Of a stretch of 64,000 nucleotides of DNA, positions 1 to 57,904 are shown in pieces. The stretch's first letter is position 1. Each line of letters opens with the position of its first letter. This DNA is from the human T2T-CHM13v2.0 reference genome, Homo sapiens, in the NCBI RefSeq assembly GCF_009914755.1, contig NC_060929.1. One strand, written 5' to 3'. The notes beneath the pieces are model-generated. The model saw nothing but the letters and a program-made list of their open reading frames with translations, searched no databases and was not told the DNA's origin. A program made the position numbers and the translations under genes.

Positions 1-2910
<2,910 letters not shown>

Positions 2911-2987
2911 TGAAGAACATTATATGAATTACCTCTAAAGATAAAAAATTTTAAAAGTTCAAAAAGGGTAATGATGATATATCATGA

Positions 2988-3176
<189 letters not shown>

Positions 3177-3929
3177 TAGTAGAGATGGGGTTTCACCATG
3201 TTGGGCCAGGCTGGTCTCGAACTACCGACCTCAGGTGATCCACCCACCTCAGCCTCTCAAAGTGCTAGGATTACAGGTATGAGCCACCATGCCTGGCCTT
3301 AATTACATGTTTTTTAAAAATTCACAATAAATGTATACACAAACATTTTAAAAAACACAAAAGGGTACACTGTGAAAAGTGTACAGAAGGGCTGGGCATG
3401 GTGATTCATGCCTGTAATCCTAGCACTTTGGGAGCCCGAGGTGGGAGAATGGCTTGAACCCAGGAACTCGAGACCAGCTTGGGCAACATAGATCATGTCA
3501 CTACCAAAAAAAAAAAAAAGTGTACAGAAGCAGAGTTGCTCTTGTTTTTTGTTTGTTGCTTTGGTTTGGTTTTTTTTTTTTGAGACAGGGTCTCAGTCTG
3601 TTGCCCAGGCTGAAGTGCAATGGTGTGAACACGGCTCATTACACAGCCTCAACCTCCTGTACTCAAGTGATCCTTTTGCCTCAGCCTCTCCAGTAGCTGG
3701 GACTACAGGCATGCACCACCATGCCTTGCTAATTCTTTCATGTTTTGTAGAGTCAGGGGTTTTGCGTTGTTGCTTATGCTGGTCTTGAACTCCTGGGCTC
3801 AAGTGATCCGCCTGTCTCGTCCTCCCAAAATGCTGGGATTACAGGTGTAAGCCACCGTGCCTGGCCCAGAGTTGCTCTTAGTAACGTGTTTTTTTTTTTT
3901 TTTTTTTGAGACGGAGTCTCGCTTTTTAG

Positions 3930-4052
<123 letters not shown>

Positions 4053-4293
4053 TAATTTTTGTATTTTTAGTAGAGACAGGGTTTTACTATGTTGGCCAGG
4101 CTGGTCTGGAACTCCTGATCTCAGGTGATCCACCCGCCTCGGCCTCCCAAAGTGCTGGGATTACAGGTGTGAGCTGCCGCGCCCAGCTGCTCTTAGTAAC
4201 TTCTGGAATTTGATGTCTAAATTGAATCCATTATTTCAAACATCACAAGACTTAAGTTCATAAAAACTTTTTTAAAAAGTTAACTCTGGGTCA

Positions 4294-4567
<274 letters not shown>

Positions 4568-5742
4568 TCAAAAACAAAAAGAAATTAACTCTGTAGTTTA
4601 TTTCTGTTAATGGCAACCCTGCAGAAAAGTTAAACTTAGAATATGTCTCAAAGTAATCTCTGTCTGATCCCTTAATGAAGGATCTCTTCAAACACAGCAA
4701 CTTTTGTCTGTCTTCTGAATGTAGGTACAGCTGTGGCTGTAGAACAGACCATGTAATTTTCATCTAGATTCCTTACAACCACAAGGACAATTATTACAAT
4801 GAAAGCCAGAGAACTAGCTCAGTTTTGATTTTATTACTAGGATAAATCCAGCCAGGTAGTGTGGTGGCTTTGATGTTTTCTGTCTATATCTAAGGGGGAA
4901 GCTGCTTCATTATTCGATATTAAGATAAATAGGGCCTAAAAATAGTCCTAGGTCAAACACCATTATGATTAACTCAACTTTCAAAACCATTTACCTAATG
5001 TAGGATTTGTTAATAAGTCTTCTTCAAAATTAGCAAGAAATACAACTAATGCCTAACCCGTCATGATGAATTAAAGACTGATCCAAAAATAACTGACAGT
5101 TCTCTTCCAGTTGCCCTCTTCTTTGACAATCCCACCAGTCTATGCTCTAAGCTCACGCTTGACTTCCAAAAACTGCCAGATATTGTAGACACCATGAAGA
5201 ATAAGATGTACTACCTTTTCTCTAATGAAAGAGGAAATACAGATATAAACAATATATAAACATAATATAATGTGAAAAGCTATGTATAGAAATAAATAGA
5301 GAGGCCGTGTGCGGTGGCTCACGGCTGTAATCCCAGCACTTTGGGAGGCCAGGGTGGTCGAATCACTTGAGGGCAGGAGTTTGAGACCAGCCTGGCCAAC
5401 ATGGTGAAACTCCATCTCTACTAAAAATACAAAACTTAGTGGGGCATGGTGCCACATGCCTGTAATCCCAACTACTCACGTGGCTGAGGCACGAGAACCG
5501 CTTGAACCCGGATAGCAGAGGTTGCAGTGAGCTGAGATTGCACCACTGCACTCCAGCGTGGGCAGCAGAGCGAGACTCTGTCTCAAAAACAAACAAAAAT
5601 AAGAATATGTAAAGACATGAAAAATGTGACATTAAGTGGGAATACACATGCACATACACAAAATGCTATGGTGGCATCCATATCAAAATATGGGCCAAAG
5701 GGCAAAATAATATGCAAAAAAGAAATACAATCACAGATACAG

Positions 5743-6319
5743 CTAATTTAAAAAAAAATTAAATATTTTTATTATATACTTTTAAACATATAGAAGATAG
5801 AAAAAAACAGTACAATGAACAGCCATGTCCACCAGTTAGATTCTGTAACATTTTGCCACATACGCCTCACATACATTTTGTTAAACCATTTGAAACATTT
5901 TAAGACACTCTAACACTTCATTCCTAAATGCTTAAGTATGCAAATTAAGACAGTCTTTTATAAACTACAACACCCTTCTCACAGCTCATAAATTACCAAT
6001 AATTATCCAATATCATTCAAAATCTAATCCACATTCAAATTTTCTCAACTGCCTCACCACCGTGCTGGCCTCCCACCCCCACCTCAGTCTTTTACAGATG
6101 GTTTTTCAAAATAGAGTCCAGTAAAATATTTCACATTGCATTTGGTTATTACATAACTTTTAATCAAGAAGAGTTACCCATTCCACTTCCTTTTTTCTTT
6201 CCCAACACTTGATATTTTGAAGAAATGAGGCCAGTTATCTTCTATAACGCTTCACATTCCAGATCTGTCTGATCGTTTCTTTAGTGGTGTCATTTAGTGC
6301 TGCTCTATGCCAGCATTTC
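5743..6319 (-). other. SMN2: SMN exon 8 (3'UTR; encodes EMLA-stop when exon 7 is skipped)
   Basis: Acceptor TTGCAG|GAAATGCTGGCATAG at 6319. Intron 7 is 6320-6763 (444 nt). The 3' end is inferred from the poly(A) signal. Confidence 0.95.
5768..5773 (-). terminator. SMN2: SMN polyadenylation signal AATAAA
   Basis: tttatt on the + strand, about 25 nt before the recalled mRNA end. Confidence 0.88.
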
Positions 6320-6736
6320 CTGCAAATGAGAAATTAGAACCAGAGGCTTGACGAATTCCAGTTAAACCATGTCCTCTGTGGACACCAGTTAAACTTGACT
6401 AGAGCACTTCATATGTCAGAGTGTACAGTGCAGTATGCCTAGGTTATCCCATATCACAATAAAAAAAAGTCTGCTGGTCTGCCTACTAGTGATATAAAAT
6501 GGCATCATATCCTAAAGCTCTTTATTGTGAAAGTATGTTTCTTCCACACAACCAACCAGTTAAGTATGAGAATTCTAGTAGGGATGTAGATTAACCTTTT
6601 ATCTAATAGTTTTGGCATCAAAATTCTTTAATATTGATTGTTTTACATTAACCTTTCAACTTTCTAACATCTGAACTTTTTAAATGTTCAAAAACATTTG
6701 TTTTCCACAAACCATAAAGTTTTACAAAAGTAAGAT

Positions 6737-6754
6737 TCACTTTCATAATGCTGG
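6737..6754 (-). promoter_or_regulatory. SMN2: ISS-N1 intronic splicing silencer / nusinersen target (intron 7, +10 to +27)
   Basis: The + strand reads TCACTTTCATAATGCTGG (the antisense oligo sequence). The sense strand reads CCAGCATTATGAAAGTGA. Confidence 0.96.
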
Positions 6755-6766
6755 CAGACTTACTCC

Positions 6767-34159
<27,393 letters not shown>

Positions 34160-34232
34160 TTATTCCCCCTCCCCCTTGGAAAAGTAAATGTAAGCTCCTA
34201 CTAGGAATTTAAAACCTGCTTGATCTATATAA

Positions 34233-34845
<613 letters not shown>

Positions 34846-35172
34846 TAATCCGACCGCCTCGGCCTCCCAAAGTGCTGGGATTACAGGTGTGAGCCACCAC
34901 ACCGGGCCTCCAGTATTCTTTATTAAGCATCTAGGGTTGCTAAATGGCTTATATGTACATAGTATATATATATTTTTAACTCCACGAAAGGAACTTTGAG
35001 CTCTTCCCCCAAAATACCCTTGGCTTCTATATAGTATACAAGAAATATCTGTGGAGGAAGGGGAGAATGGGATGATGTTGACCAAGTGTACAAAAATGGT
35101 AACTCTGTAGAGGTAATATGTGGAATGTAATCATTTCACAATGTATATCTAAACATCAAATGGTACACCTTA

Positions 35173-35496
<324 letters not shown>

Positions 35497-35844
35497 TTAT
35501 GTGTCAAAAAAGTTAAATTGTCACAAGATAAAAAAAAAAATTTAAATCTCATGTCAGGAAAGTAATGTGCCAAAGGTACATCTCACAGATAAACATGAAA
35601 ACCTGCACTCCAGCCTGGGCGACAGAGTGAGGCTGTGTCTCAGAAAAAAAAAAAAAAGTAAAAAAAAAAGTATGTTTTTATAAAGCTTGCTTAGATTTTT
35701 CTGAATCATAAAAATTCTCACAATTGCATTTGATGTCAAAATTTAAACAAATTACCTGGACATATTACATGATGGTTAAAAAAATAAATTTAAACAAAAT
35801 ATAGAACCAGGTTTCTTTTTGTTTTTTAATTTTTTTCTTTTTGA

Positions 35845-36048
<204 letters not shown>

Positions 36049-37695
36049 TGATCCGCCCGCCTCAGCCTCCCAAAGTGCTGCGATTACAGGCATGAGCCAC
36101 CGCACCCAGCCATTTCTTTTTGTTTTTATTATTTAGAGATATAATTGATATACTATAGAATTAATCGTTTTAGAGAGTACAATTGAATGGTAGATAGAGC
36201 GGAAACCTTAATATATTCACAAGGTTGTGCAACCATCACTACTATCTAACTCCAGAACATTTTAATCACCCACCAAAGAAACTCTGTTTCCTTTAGCAGT
36301 GCGCTGCCATGCTCAGCTATTTTTTGGGAGAGAAGGGGTCTCCCCATGTTGTCCAGGCTGGTCTCAAACTCGGTTGCTTAAGCAGTCCTCCCACTTGAGC
36401 CGCTGTGCCCAGGCCTGAGTTACTATATTTATAAAAGTTATTTCATATGATAGACAAATCATTCAAAACATAATGAGGTAAACTGCCAAAAGAAACCATT
36501 TTACCATATTTGAAGGCATTTAATGTAAATGTTGAATTTAATTTCATGTACTGGAATCAGTCTTTTTGCATATGTAATTTTCATACCAAAAATCTCTCTT
36601 CAGTTGACTCCTGGAACTCTCTCATGATAAAATAAAAGTTTCAAATAATGTCGGGGTGGTGGCTAACACCTGTAATCCCAGCACTGTGGGAGTCCGAGGC
36701 AGGTGGATCACATGAGGTCAGGAGTTTGAGACCAGCCTAGCCAACATGGCAACACTAAAGATATGAAAGTCAGCCAGGCATGGTGGTGCATGCCTGTAAT
36801 CTCAGCTACTAGGGAGGCTGAGGCACAAAAATCACTTGAAACTGGGAGGTGGAGGTTGCAATGAGCTGAGATCGTGCCACTGCACACCAGCCTGTGAGAC
36901 AGAGCAAGACTGTGTCTCAAAAAAAAAAAAAAAAAAAAAAGGGCCAAGTATGGTGGCTCATGCCTGTAATCCTAGCACTTTGGGAGGCTGAGTGGGAGAG
37001 GATCATTTGAGCCCAAGTAACATGGTCAGGCCCCATCTCTACAAAAATAAATTAGCTGGGCATGGTGGTATGGGCTTGTGGTACCAGCTACTCAGGAGGC
37101 TGAGACAGGAGGAGTACTTGAGCCAAGGAGGTCAAAGGCTGCAGTAAGCCATGTTTTTGCCACCGTGCTCCAGCCTGGGCAACAGAGCAATATGCTGTTT
37201 CAAAAACAAACTAAAAAAATGGTAGTACCTACATGTGAAGATTGCATATAATAAAGATTGTAAAGCAGAGAGAAAAACTGGACAGTTCACCAAAAAGAAA
37301 ATCCAAATGTCCACTAGAGATCTGAGAAGATGCCCAACCTCTAGAGCCAAGGAATTGCAAATTAATAACTAAGATAACATTTCAGGGCCTGGCACGGTGG
37401 CTCATGCCAGTAATCCCAGCACTTTGGGAGGCTGAGGCAGGCGGATCACTTGAGGTCAGGATTTGAGATCACCCTGGCCAACATGGTGAAATCCTGTCTC
37501 TACTAAAAATACAAAAATTAGCTGAGCATGGTTGCGGCGCCTATAATCCTAGCTACTTTGAAGACTGAGGCAGGAGAATCGCTTGAACCTAGGAAGCGGA
37601 GGTTGCAGTGAGCTGAGATCGTGCCAGTGCACTCCAGTCTGAGTGACAGGGTGAGACTTCATCTCAAAAAAAAAACAAAAAAACAAAAAATTTCA

Positions 37696-37956
<261 letters not shown>

Positions 37957-38568
37957 CTAACATACCATTTTCCTCTCAGTTTGGCAAAACTATTAGGAAT
38001 TAATAACATTTGATGTTAGCAAAGTATGGGGAAATGAACTTTTATCCTCTTATTGAAAATATCTGTTTGTAGCCAGGCATGATGACTTATGCCTGTAATC
38101 CCAGCAATTTGGGAGGCCAAGGTGGGAAGATTCCTTGAGGCCAGAAGTTTGAGACCAGCCTGAGTAATAAAGTAAGACCCCATGTCATTAAAAAAAAAAA
38201 AAAAAAAAAAAAAAAGAAGGAAAGACTGCCGGGCGCAGTGGCTCACGCCTGTAATCCCAGCACTTTCAGAGGCTGAGGTGAGCAGAACACTTGATGTCAG
38301 GAGTTCAAGACCAGCCTGGCCAACATGGTGAAACCCCACCCCATCTCTACTAAAAATACAAAAATTAGCTGGGCGTGGTGGCGGGCGCCTGTAATCCCAG
38401 CTATTCAGGAGGCTGAGGCTGGAGAATCACTTGACCCTGGAGGCGGAGGTTGCAGTGAGCCGAGATCACACCACTACACTCCAGCTTGGACAACAGAGTG
38501 AGACTCCGTCTCAAAAACAACAACAACAAAACCCAAAACATCTGTTTAAAGTTTAAGACATGTATACC

Positions 38569-39327
<759 letters not shown>

Positions 39328-39716
39328 TAACTATTCCCAAGGAATTCTATCTTTAAAAATCCATTCTTATAGAAATGAAAGCACCAATAAATGGGAATAA
39401 GTACGATAATCCACATCGCAGAATTGTTTGTAGTGGCAAAAGTTGCAACATCCTAATTGTCTATGAGTAAGGAAATGATTGAATAAATTACTGTACATCT
39501 ATACTAAAGTTAAATTTGTAAGTACTGAAGTACAGGCACGGCTATTTTTTTTTTCTTTTTGTGGAAACAGGGTCTCACTCTGTCACCCAGGCTGGAGTGC
39601 AGCGGCACCATCTTGGGTCACTGCAACCTCTGCCTCCTGAGTTCAAGTGATCCTCACACCTCAGCCTCCCAAGTAGCTGGGACTACAGGCACGTGCCACC
39701 ACACCTGGCTAATTTT

Positions 39717-40768
<1,052 letters not shown>

Positions 40769-41119
40769 CCAGCTAATTTTTGTATTTTTAGTAGAAATGG
40801 GGTTTCGCCATGTTGCCCAGGCTGGTCTTGAACTCCTGGGCACAAGGGATCTACCCGCCTTGGTCTCCCAAAGTGCTCAGATTACAGGCATGAGCCACCA
40901 CGCCTGGCCCAACATGGCTATTATTTTTTAAAGTGCTAAATTATGGCCGGGGGCTGTGACTCACGCCTGTAATCCCAGCACTTTGGGAGGCCGAGGCGGG
41001 TGAATCACGAGGTCAGGAGATGGAGACCAGCCTGGCCAACATGGTGAAACCCCATCTCTACTAAGAATACAAAAAATTAGCTGGGCGTGGTGGCAGGCGC
41101 CTGTAATCCCATCTACTCA

Positions 41120-41889
<770 letters not shown>

Positions 41890-42946
41890 TTCCCACACCC
41901 CTTATTTATGTGTATGTGTGTGTATGCATGTTTGCATGAGCACTGAGAGAAGTATACCATTATTAACATTGGTTAGTTCAGGGGAATGGGACTGGCTTAC
42001 TGAAGGCTGAGAGAGTATACGTGTGTGTATATAAATTGAGTGTATTTAAATTAAGTATATGGAAGTAAATTAAGACTACAATGAGATACCACTACCTCCC
42101 ACCAATATGGTTAAAGATAAAAGGACTGATAATACCTAATGCTGGTATGGAGCAATGGAACCTTCCTTTATTGCTGGTGGTAAAATGGTATGGTCATTAA
42201 AAACAAACTAAAACAAAAACAACAAAAATGCAATTGTTTGATGGTACCTACTAAAAAATGTGTGTATGTGTGTGTATAGACACACACCCTATGACCCAGC
42301 AATTCCATTCCTGGCATATACTCAGTAGATAGCGTGTTTAAGACCATCATAAGATATATAAAAATGTTACGGTAGCATTATTCATAACAGCCCCAAAGTG
42401 GGAGCAATTCAAAGGTCCATGAAATGTAGAGTAACTAAATTATGGTATATTCATATAACAGAATGCTACACAACAGTGAAAAAGGCTGAACTGCTGCATA
42501 GCAGCAAAATAGAGAATTCTTTTAGACGTAACGTTGAGCAAATCAAGCTAGGCTCACTACAGCACATACCGTGTGATCCCATTTACAAAAAATTCAAAAA
42601 CAGGCAAAACTAATCTATGGTGATAATCAGATGGGAGGCATTATCTAAGAGGGTGCTGGAAATGTCCTTTATTGTGATCTGAACATAGTATTCATATACG
42701 AGTCATTGAAATATACATTTCAAATGCTGGCTGTTTATTATCATTTCACTGGGATAAATGCCCAAGGAGTTAGTTTTCAAAGAGATGCTATTTAGAATTT
42801 ATGGAAATTTAGAACTTACTGTATTTTCCCAGATTTTCTATAATGAGCAAGCATTGCAGTTTGAGGGTTTGAAAGATTGGTAGAGACAAAAACTGCATAA
42901 GCTGCATGATTATTTCTCACACTTCAGATGCTTACCACCTTTATGA

Positions 42947-43271
<325 letters not shown>

Positions 43272-43274
43272 TTA

Positions 43275-43608
<334 letters not shown>

Positions 43609-43698
43609 TCAATAAGAGGGATTAAAATATATTATTTTAGTCTGCTCAGCATCCATTCTCCCTTCCTTTTGGCAAAGAACCCTAAATTTTTTGGGGGA

Positions 43699-44074
43699 TG
43701 ATATAGTTTGGCTGTGTCCCCAACCCAAATCTCATCCTGAATTGTAGCTCCTATAATTCCCATGTGTCATGGGAGGGACCTGGTGGGAGGTAATTGAATC
43801 ATGGGGGTGGTTACCTTCATGCTGTTCTCATGATAGTGAGTGAGTTCTCAGGAGATCTGATGGTTTCATAAGGGGCTTTTCCCCTTTTGCTTTGCACTTC
43901 TCCTTCCTGCCATCATGTGAAGAAGGATGTATTTGCTTCCCCTTCTGCCATGATTGTAAGCTTCCTGAGGCCTCCCCAGCCATACACAACTGTGAGTCAA
44001 TTAAACCTCTTTCCTTTATAAATTATCCAGTCTCGAGTATGTCTTTATTATCAGCATGAGAACGGACTAATACA
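43699..44074 (+). mobile_element. THE1 (MaLR) solo LTR
   Basis: tgatatagtttggctgtgtcccc...gactaataca, with 5-bp TSD GGGGA on both sides. Confidence 0.93.
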
Positions 44075-44478
44075 GGGGACCACCTACTCCTTACTAGAGT
44101 TGGTTTTACCATCAACTTGCCCTCCTCTTGCTGAGGGATGGGTACCTAACCCATGTAACTTCAGTTGGAGGCACTCCAAGTGACATAAAAACTAAATATA
44201 CATGTCAGAAGTTCAACCTGATATCAGCACTGTAAGAAAAAAAAACAAAAACAAACACCTCATAACACCTACTCTTAAGATACCTGAAACTGTTACAATT
44301 CTTGACCTTTCCAAAGCCTTGAGTCCTCAACTTTTCCATGACTCTGGAGTCTCTCATTCTTTCAAATAAGATTTTTATCAGTAAGTTCATTAATCTGATC
44401 CTGTTGCTTGCAACCAAAAATTCCAATATATCATGAAATCAGGTTAGATGTGGTTATATTACTTCAAGTATATACTAA

Positions 44479-45031
<553 letters not shown>

Positions 45032-45308
45032 TTAAATACGTAACTCTGTATGAAATATCCATTCATAAGCTACCCTAACAGCCCCCTTGAGTGGTATAAG
45101 GCTACAGTCTTTGACCAAAAAAAAAAGTATTTGACAAAAACTTATGTCATGTGATATATGTTCATAAAAGGCAAGTATTTAATAGGATTATGTCAATTAT
45201 AGCCAGGCTGGTAGGTAAATTTCTTTTAAATACCAAGGCTCAGCCAGACTGCTGCAAGGAAGTGTTCCAGAACTTATGTACCAGCAAGCAGTCTTGTCCA
45301 AGTGGTAA

Positions 45309-45641
<333 letters not shown>

Positions 45642-45954
45642 TGAGCCACCATGCTCGGCCTTGTTTTTTATTTATTTATTTCTTTGAGATGAAGTCTTGC
45701 TCTGTCACCCAGACTGGAGTGCAGTGGTGCAATCTCGGCTCACTGAAATCTCCACCTCCCGGGTTCAAGCGATTCTCCTGCCTCAGCCTCCCAAGTAGCT
45801 GGTATTACAGGCACACACCACCATACCTGGCTAATTTTTGTATTTTTAGTAGAGACGGGTTTCACCATATTGGCCAGGCTGGTCTTGAACTCCCGACCTC
45901 GTGATCCGCCCGCCTTGGCCTCCCAAAGTGCTAGGATTACAGGCACCTTTTTAA

Positions 45955-46128
<174 letters not shown>

Positions 46129-46666
46129 TGAGGAGATGGGGTTTTGTCATGTTGCCCAGGCTGGTCTCAAACTCCTGGCCTCAAGCGATCCTCCCACCTC
46201 AGCCTCCCAAAGTGCTGAGATTACAAATGTGAGCTACTGCACCTGGCCGTGTATTTCTACAAAAGTTATGTTATAATCAAATTTGAAAATCTCAACTTTT
46301 CCAAGCAAATGATCCAATAGCAGGCTATTTATAAACTTTTAATGTGCATTAGTTACTGCTATGTAAAAGTTTTTTTGTTTTTAAGAAGTGAAGGTGTGAA
46401 AAAAACAAACCTGTAGTAAGTTTCATGTCTTTTGGAAATTTATAGGGAAGTACATTTGAGCATACACATTGTCATTCTCCTTTTCTCAGTGACAGTTTTA
46501 TGACTTGGCCATCTCTAAAGATAATATATTCCAATATGTAATTGCTATATAGCAAATACATTAGCTGATGAAGTTGTAGGAGGCAATGTAATAAATGTTC
46601 TTACTCAGCTTTGGTCTAACAGATAACTATGACTGACAATTTCGTAAAAATAACAGACCAAGTGTT

Positions 46667-46669
<3 letters not shown>

Positions 46670-46749
<80 letters not shown>
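46670..46749. repeat. Compound (GA)20(GT)20 microsatellite; position fits SMA marker C212
   Basis: About 13 kb upstream of the SMN ATG, in the last SERF1 intron, at an Alu tail. Confidence 0.8.
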
Positions 46750-46753
<4 letters not shown>

Positions 46754-46758
46754 TTTGA

Positions 46759-47043
<285 letters not shown>

Positions 47044-47671
47044 TAAAAATTTTTTAAGTTTTTGGAAAATGTCAGAAATCAACGTTTCCTTTTAGCCCTA
47101 TTTTCAAAAACTGGCTAGTTTGATAAATGGATCACAATTTCTTACACATGCTACTAATAGAAGAGGCATTCAAAAATAAATGACTGATGGCCAGCGAGTG
47201 GATAACTTGAGATCAGGAGTTCGAGACCAGCCTAGCCAAGATGGTGAAACCCCATCCCTACTAAAACTACAAAAAATTAGCCAGGCACGGAAGTGGAGGT
47301 TGCAGTGAGCGGAGATCGCACCATTGCACTCCAGCCTGGATGACAAAGCGAGACTCTGTTTAAAAAAAAAAAAAAAGTAACTGATAAAACTGACCACAGT
47401 GTATCTTGGGCAGTAATGGCTGCTGCTTCTCATTTTCAGCAGGACTTAATGAAAATTGCTAATGATAACGCACTACCTCCTAAGAATGATGCAAAATACG
47501 ATTTTTGATGTTTAAAGGGAGGGTTCCATGGAGTTTGGTATTTTCCAAATTATATTCTAAATCTGGTACTATCTCACCTAATAATTTTATCTTTCTTTAG
47601 CAACAAGCCCTAACAATATCCAAACTAAATAAAATCATTACATGAATTTACTTTTTACAATCATTCTCCTA

Positions 47672-47943
<272 letters not shown>

Positions 47944-47946
47944 TCA

Positions 47947-48287
<341 letters not shown>

Positions 48288-48290
48288 TCA

Positions 48291-48322
<32 letters not shown>

Positions 48323-50779
48323 TTCACCTGTATTTTCCCTTAGTATCCTATAATTGACCTGTTTCCCTCTTTATAAGTTCAGCTACTTTTAGTTACCTTA
48401 ACTATACCACATGGTGGTGTCATGATTGGTGTCAATGTATTGCATATATATATATATTACAATATACCACATGATAGGTGTCAATATACTCCAACAATTA
48501 GACTTAATTTTCTTCCTCTCCGATAATTTTTCCGCCTGCTTTGAGGAAACATCTGGTCATATTGCAGTTAAAAATCAAACCTCTTAACAATAAATTTATT
48601 TAATTAAATGCCATAAAAATTAATCAAGAATGGCCAGGCATGGTGGCTCACGCCTGTAATCCCAGCACTTTGGGCAGAGGTGGAAGGTGGCTCACTTGAG
48701 CTCAGGAGTTGGAGACCAGCCTGGGCAACATGGCAAAAACCCTATCTCTACCAAAAATATAAAAATCAGCCTGACGTGGTGGCATGCGCCTGTAGTCCCA
48801 ACTGCTTGGGAGACGAGACTGAGGCAGGAGGATCACTTGAGCCCAGGAGGTTGAGGCTGCAGTGAGCCACGTTCGTGCCACTGCACTCAGCCGGGGTGAC
48901 AAGGCGAGATCCTGCCTCAAAAAAAAAAAAAAAAAAGTACTAATGATTGATTACAAACTAGAGATCTTCCTTATTCTAATATCCATTTTATTTTGGAAAC
49001 GTAGCTTTCCCTCGATTTATAAGAATTAAAAGGTCTAAAGTTCTTCCATTCCACAGGATAAACTAAAGAAATTATTCATTTAAAAAAAAAGGCAAAGAAA
49101 AGAGCTTAAAGCATGAAAAGTTTTTTTGTACTTATGGCTTATTAGTCTGTGTAGAAATTCTGGAGACAGAATTACAGAAACCAGGCCCACAAAGAATCTT
49201 TGTGGTACAATCAGATTTCTTTATTATTTCTTTTATTAGAATGTAACTTAAGCTACTTAATTTTTGCCTTTGTGACTACCATCATAGAATATTCTGAAGA
49301 CTAAAGTTAACCAAAGATCCAGAACAATGTTTTAATTTAATGAAAAATCTAGGCTAATATGAAGATAGAAACTCAGGCTAAAAAACTTCAGCCGGGTGGG
49401 ATGGCTCACGCCTGTAATCCCAGCTCTATGGGAGGCCAAGAAGGGTGGATCACCTGAGGTTAGTAGTTTGAGACCAGCCTGGCCAAAATGGTGAAACCCC
49501 ATCTCTTCTAAAAACACAAAAATTAGCCGGGCGTGGTGGCGGGCGCCTGTAGTCCCAGCTCCTCAGGAGGCTGAGGCAGGAGAATCGCTTGAACTCAGGT
49601 GGCGGAGGTTGCAGTGAACCGAGATGGCACTGCTGCGCTCTAGCCTGGGCGAGAGAGCAAGATTCTGTCTCAAAAAAAAAAAAAACACCCCACAAAAACC
49701 CAAAAAACTTCCTGGTTGTCGAATTCAGTATTAGACACAAAAAATTCTAGCCTATTTATGGGTGGTACCACTGGTAAGAGACAAATCACAAGATATTGTG
49801 TTAGGCTAACTTCAAGATCTGTCCATTCAGATAGTGGTTGACATATTGGGTGATCAGAAAAATTTGTTAAATTGCATTATGTGAAAAATCAAGTATTTGT
49901 AGAATACTTTAAGTTATTCTATTTACTACTACAATGGCATTTTTATTCTCTCTGACATAGTTTTGTGTTTACTTCAGAGTGCAGCAAGGTCTCAAACCTT
50001 AATTTCTCTAGGTTACATATTTCCAAATTTATAACTACCATCAAGACTCAAGTTTTAGAAGAGGCTGAGAACAGAAAATATGGTACTCATTCCAAAAAAT
50101 GTTAAAGCTATAAGTAGAACTGAGACCTCAGTTTACATCCACTTAGTTTCTATTCCAGTGGTTTGAAGTATCTGTTGTAAATTGTTCAAGCAAGCTTTGT
50201 AAGTTGATTTTTTTTTTTTTTTGAGGCAGAGTCTTGCTTTGTTGCCCAGGCTGGAGTGCAGTGGTGCAATATCTGCTGACTGCAACCTCTGCCTTGGGTT
50301 CAAGCGATTTTCCTGCCTCAGCCTCCCGAGTAGCTGAGATTACAGGCATGTGCCACCACACACCTGGCTATTTTTTTTTTTTTTTTTTTTTTTTTGTATT
50401 TTTAGTAAAGATGAGGTTTCATCATGTTGGTCAGGCTGGTCTCAAACTCCTGACCTCAAGTGATCCGCCCGCCTCGGCCTCCCAAAGTGCTGGGATTGTG
50501 GGCATAAGCCACCGCACCTGGCCCTTTAACTTGATTTCAAAGCAAAATTATACAAATGGACCCTAACTTCTATTATATATTTAAGTTTACTTCAAAGATC
50601 TACTTTATCCTTATCCTTAGAAACTGTGAGGAAAAAAAAACTATGTTAACAAAGCTGATGACAAAGATTCTTTATTATATAAGAGATCCTATTATCTGAT
50701 CATATTACCTAATAAATTATATATGAATGTTCAATAATAAAAATAATGTTCACCAATATGTCACATGCATGGTTAGTGT

Positions 50780-50785
50780 TTTATT
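50780..50785 (-). terminator. SERF1B: Candidate poly(A) signal of the SERF1 short isoform
   Basis: First AATAAA, about 180 nt after the stop codon. Confidence 0.7.
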
Positions 50786-50964
50786 CTTTGAAGACTGCTT
50801 CTAAAACATCGCACTAAGTAAAGCTGAAAGGATAAAGTTTAAAATAGTTTTTAAAGGATAAGTTATAACATATGTAATGACTGTCCACTCTACAAAATCT
50901 TGATCTTAGAGCTTATGATACACCCAGTTGGCAGTAGCACCCAGGTTTTCCAAATAGCCAGTCA

Positions 50965-57904
<6,940 letters not shown>

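Noticed and set aside
5055-5101. C/D-box-like motif (ATGATGA...CTGA...CTGA with a short terminal stem)
   Set aside because: Only about 45 nt, too short for a snoRNA, and there is no host intron on that strand.
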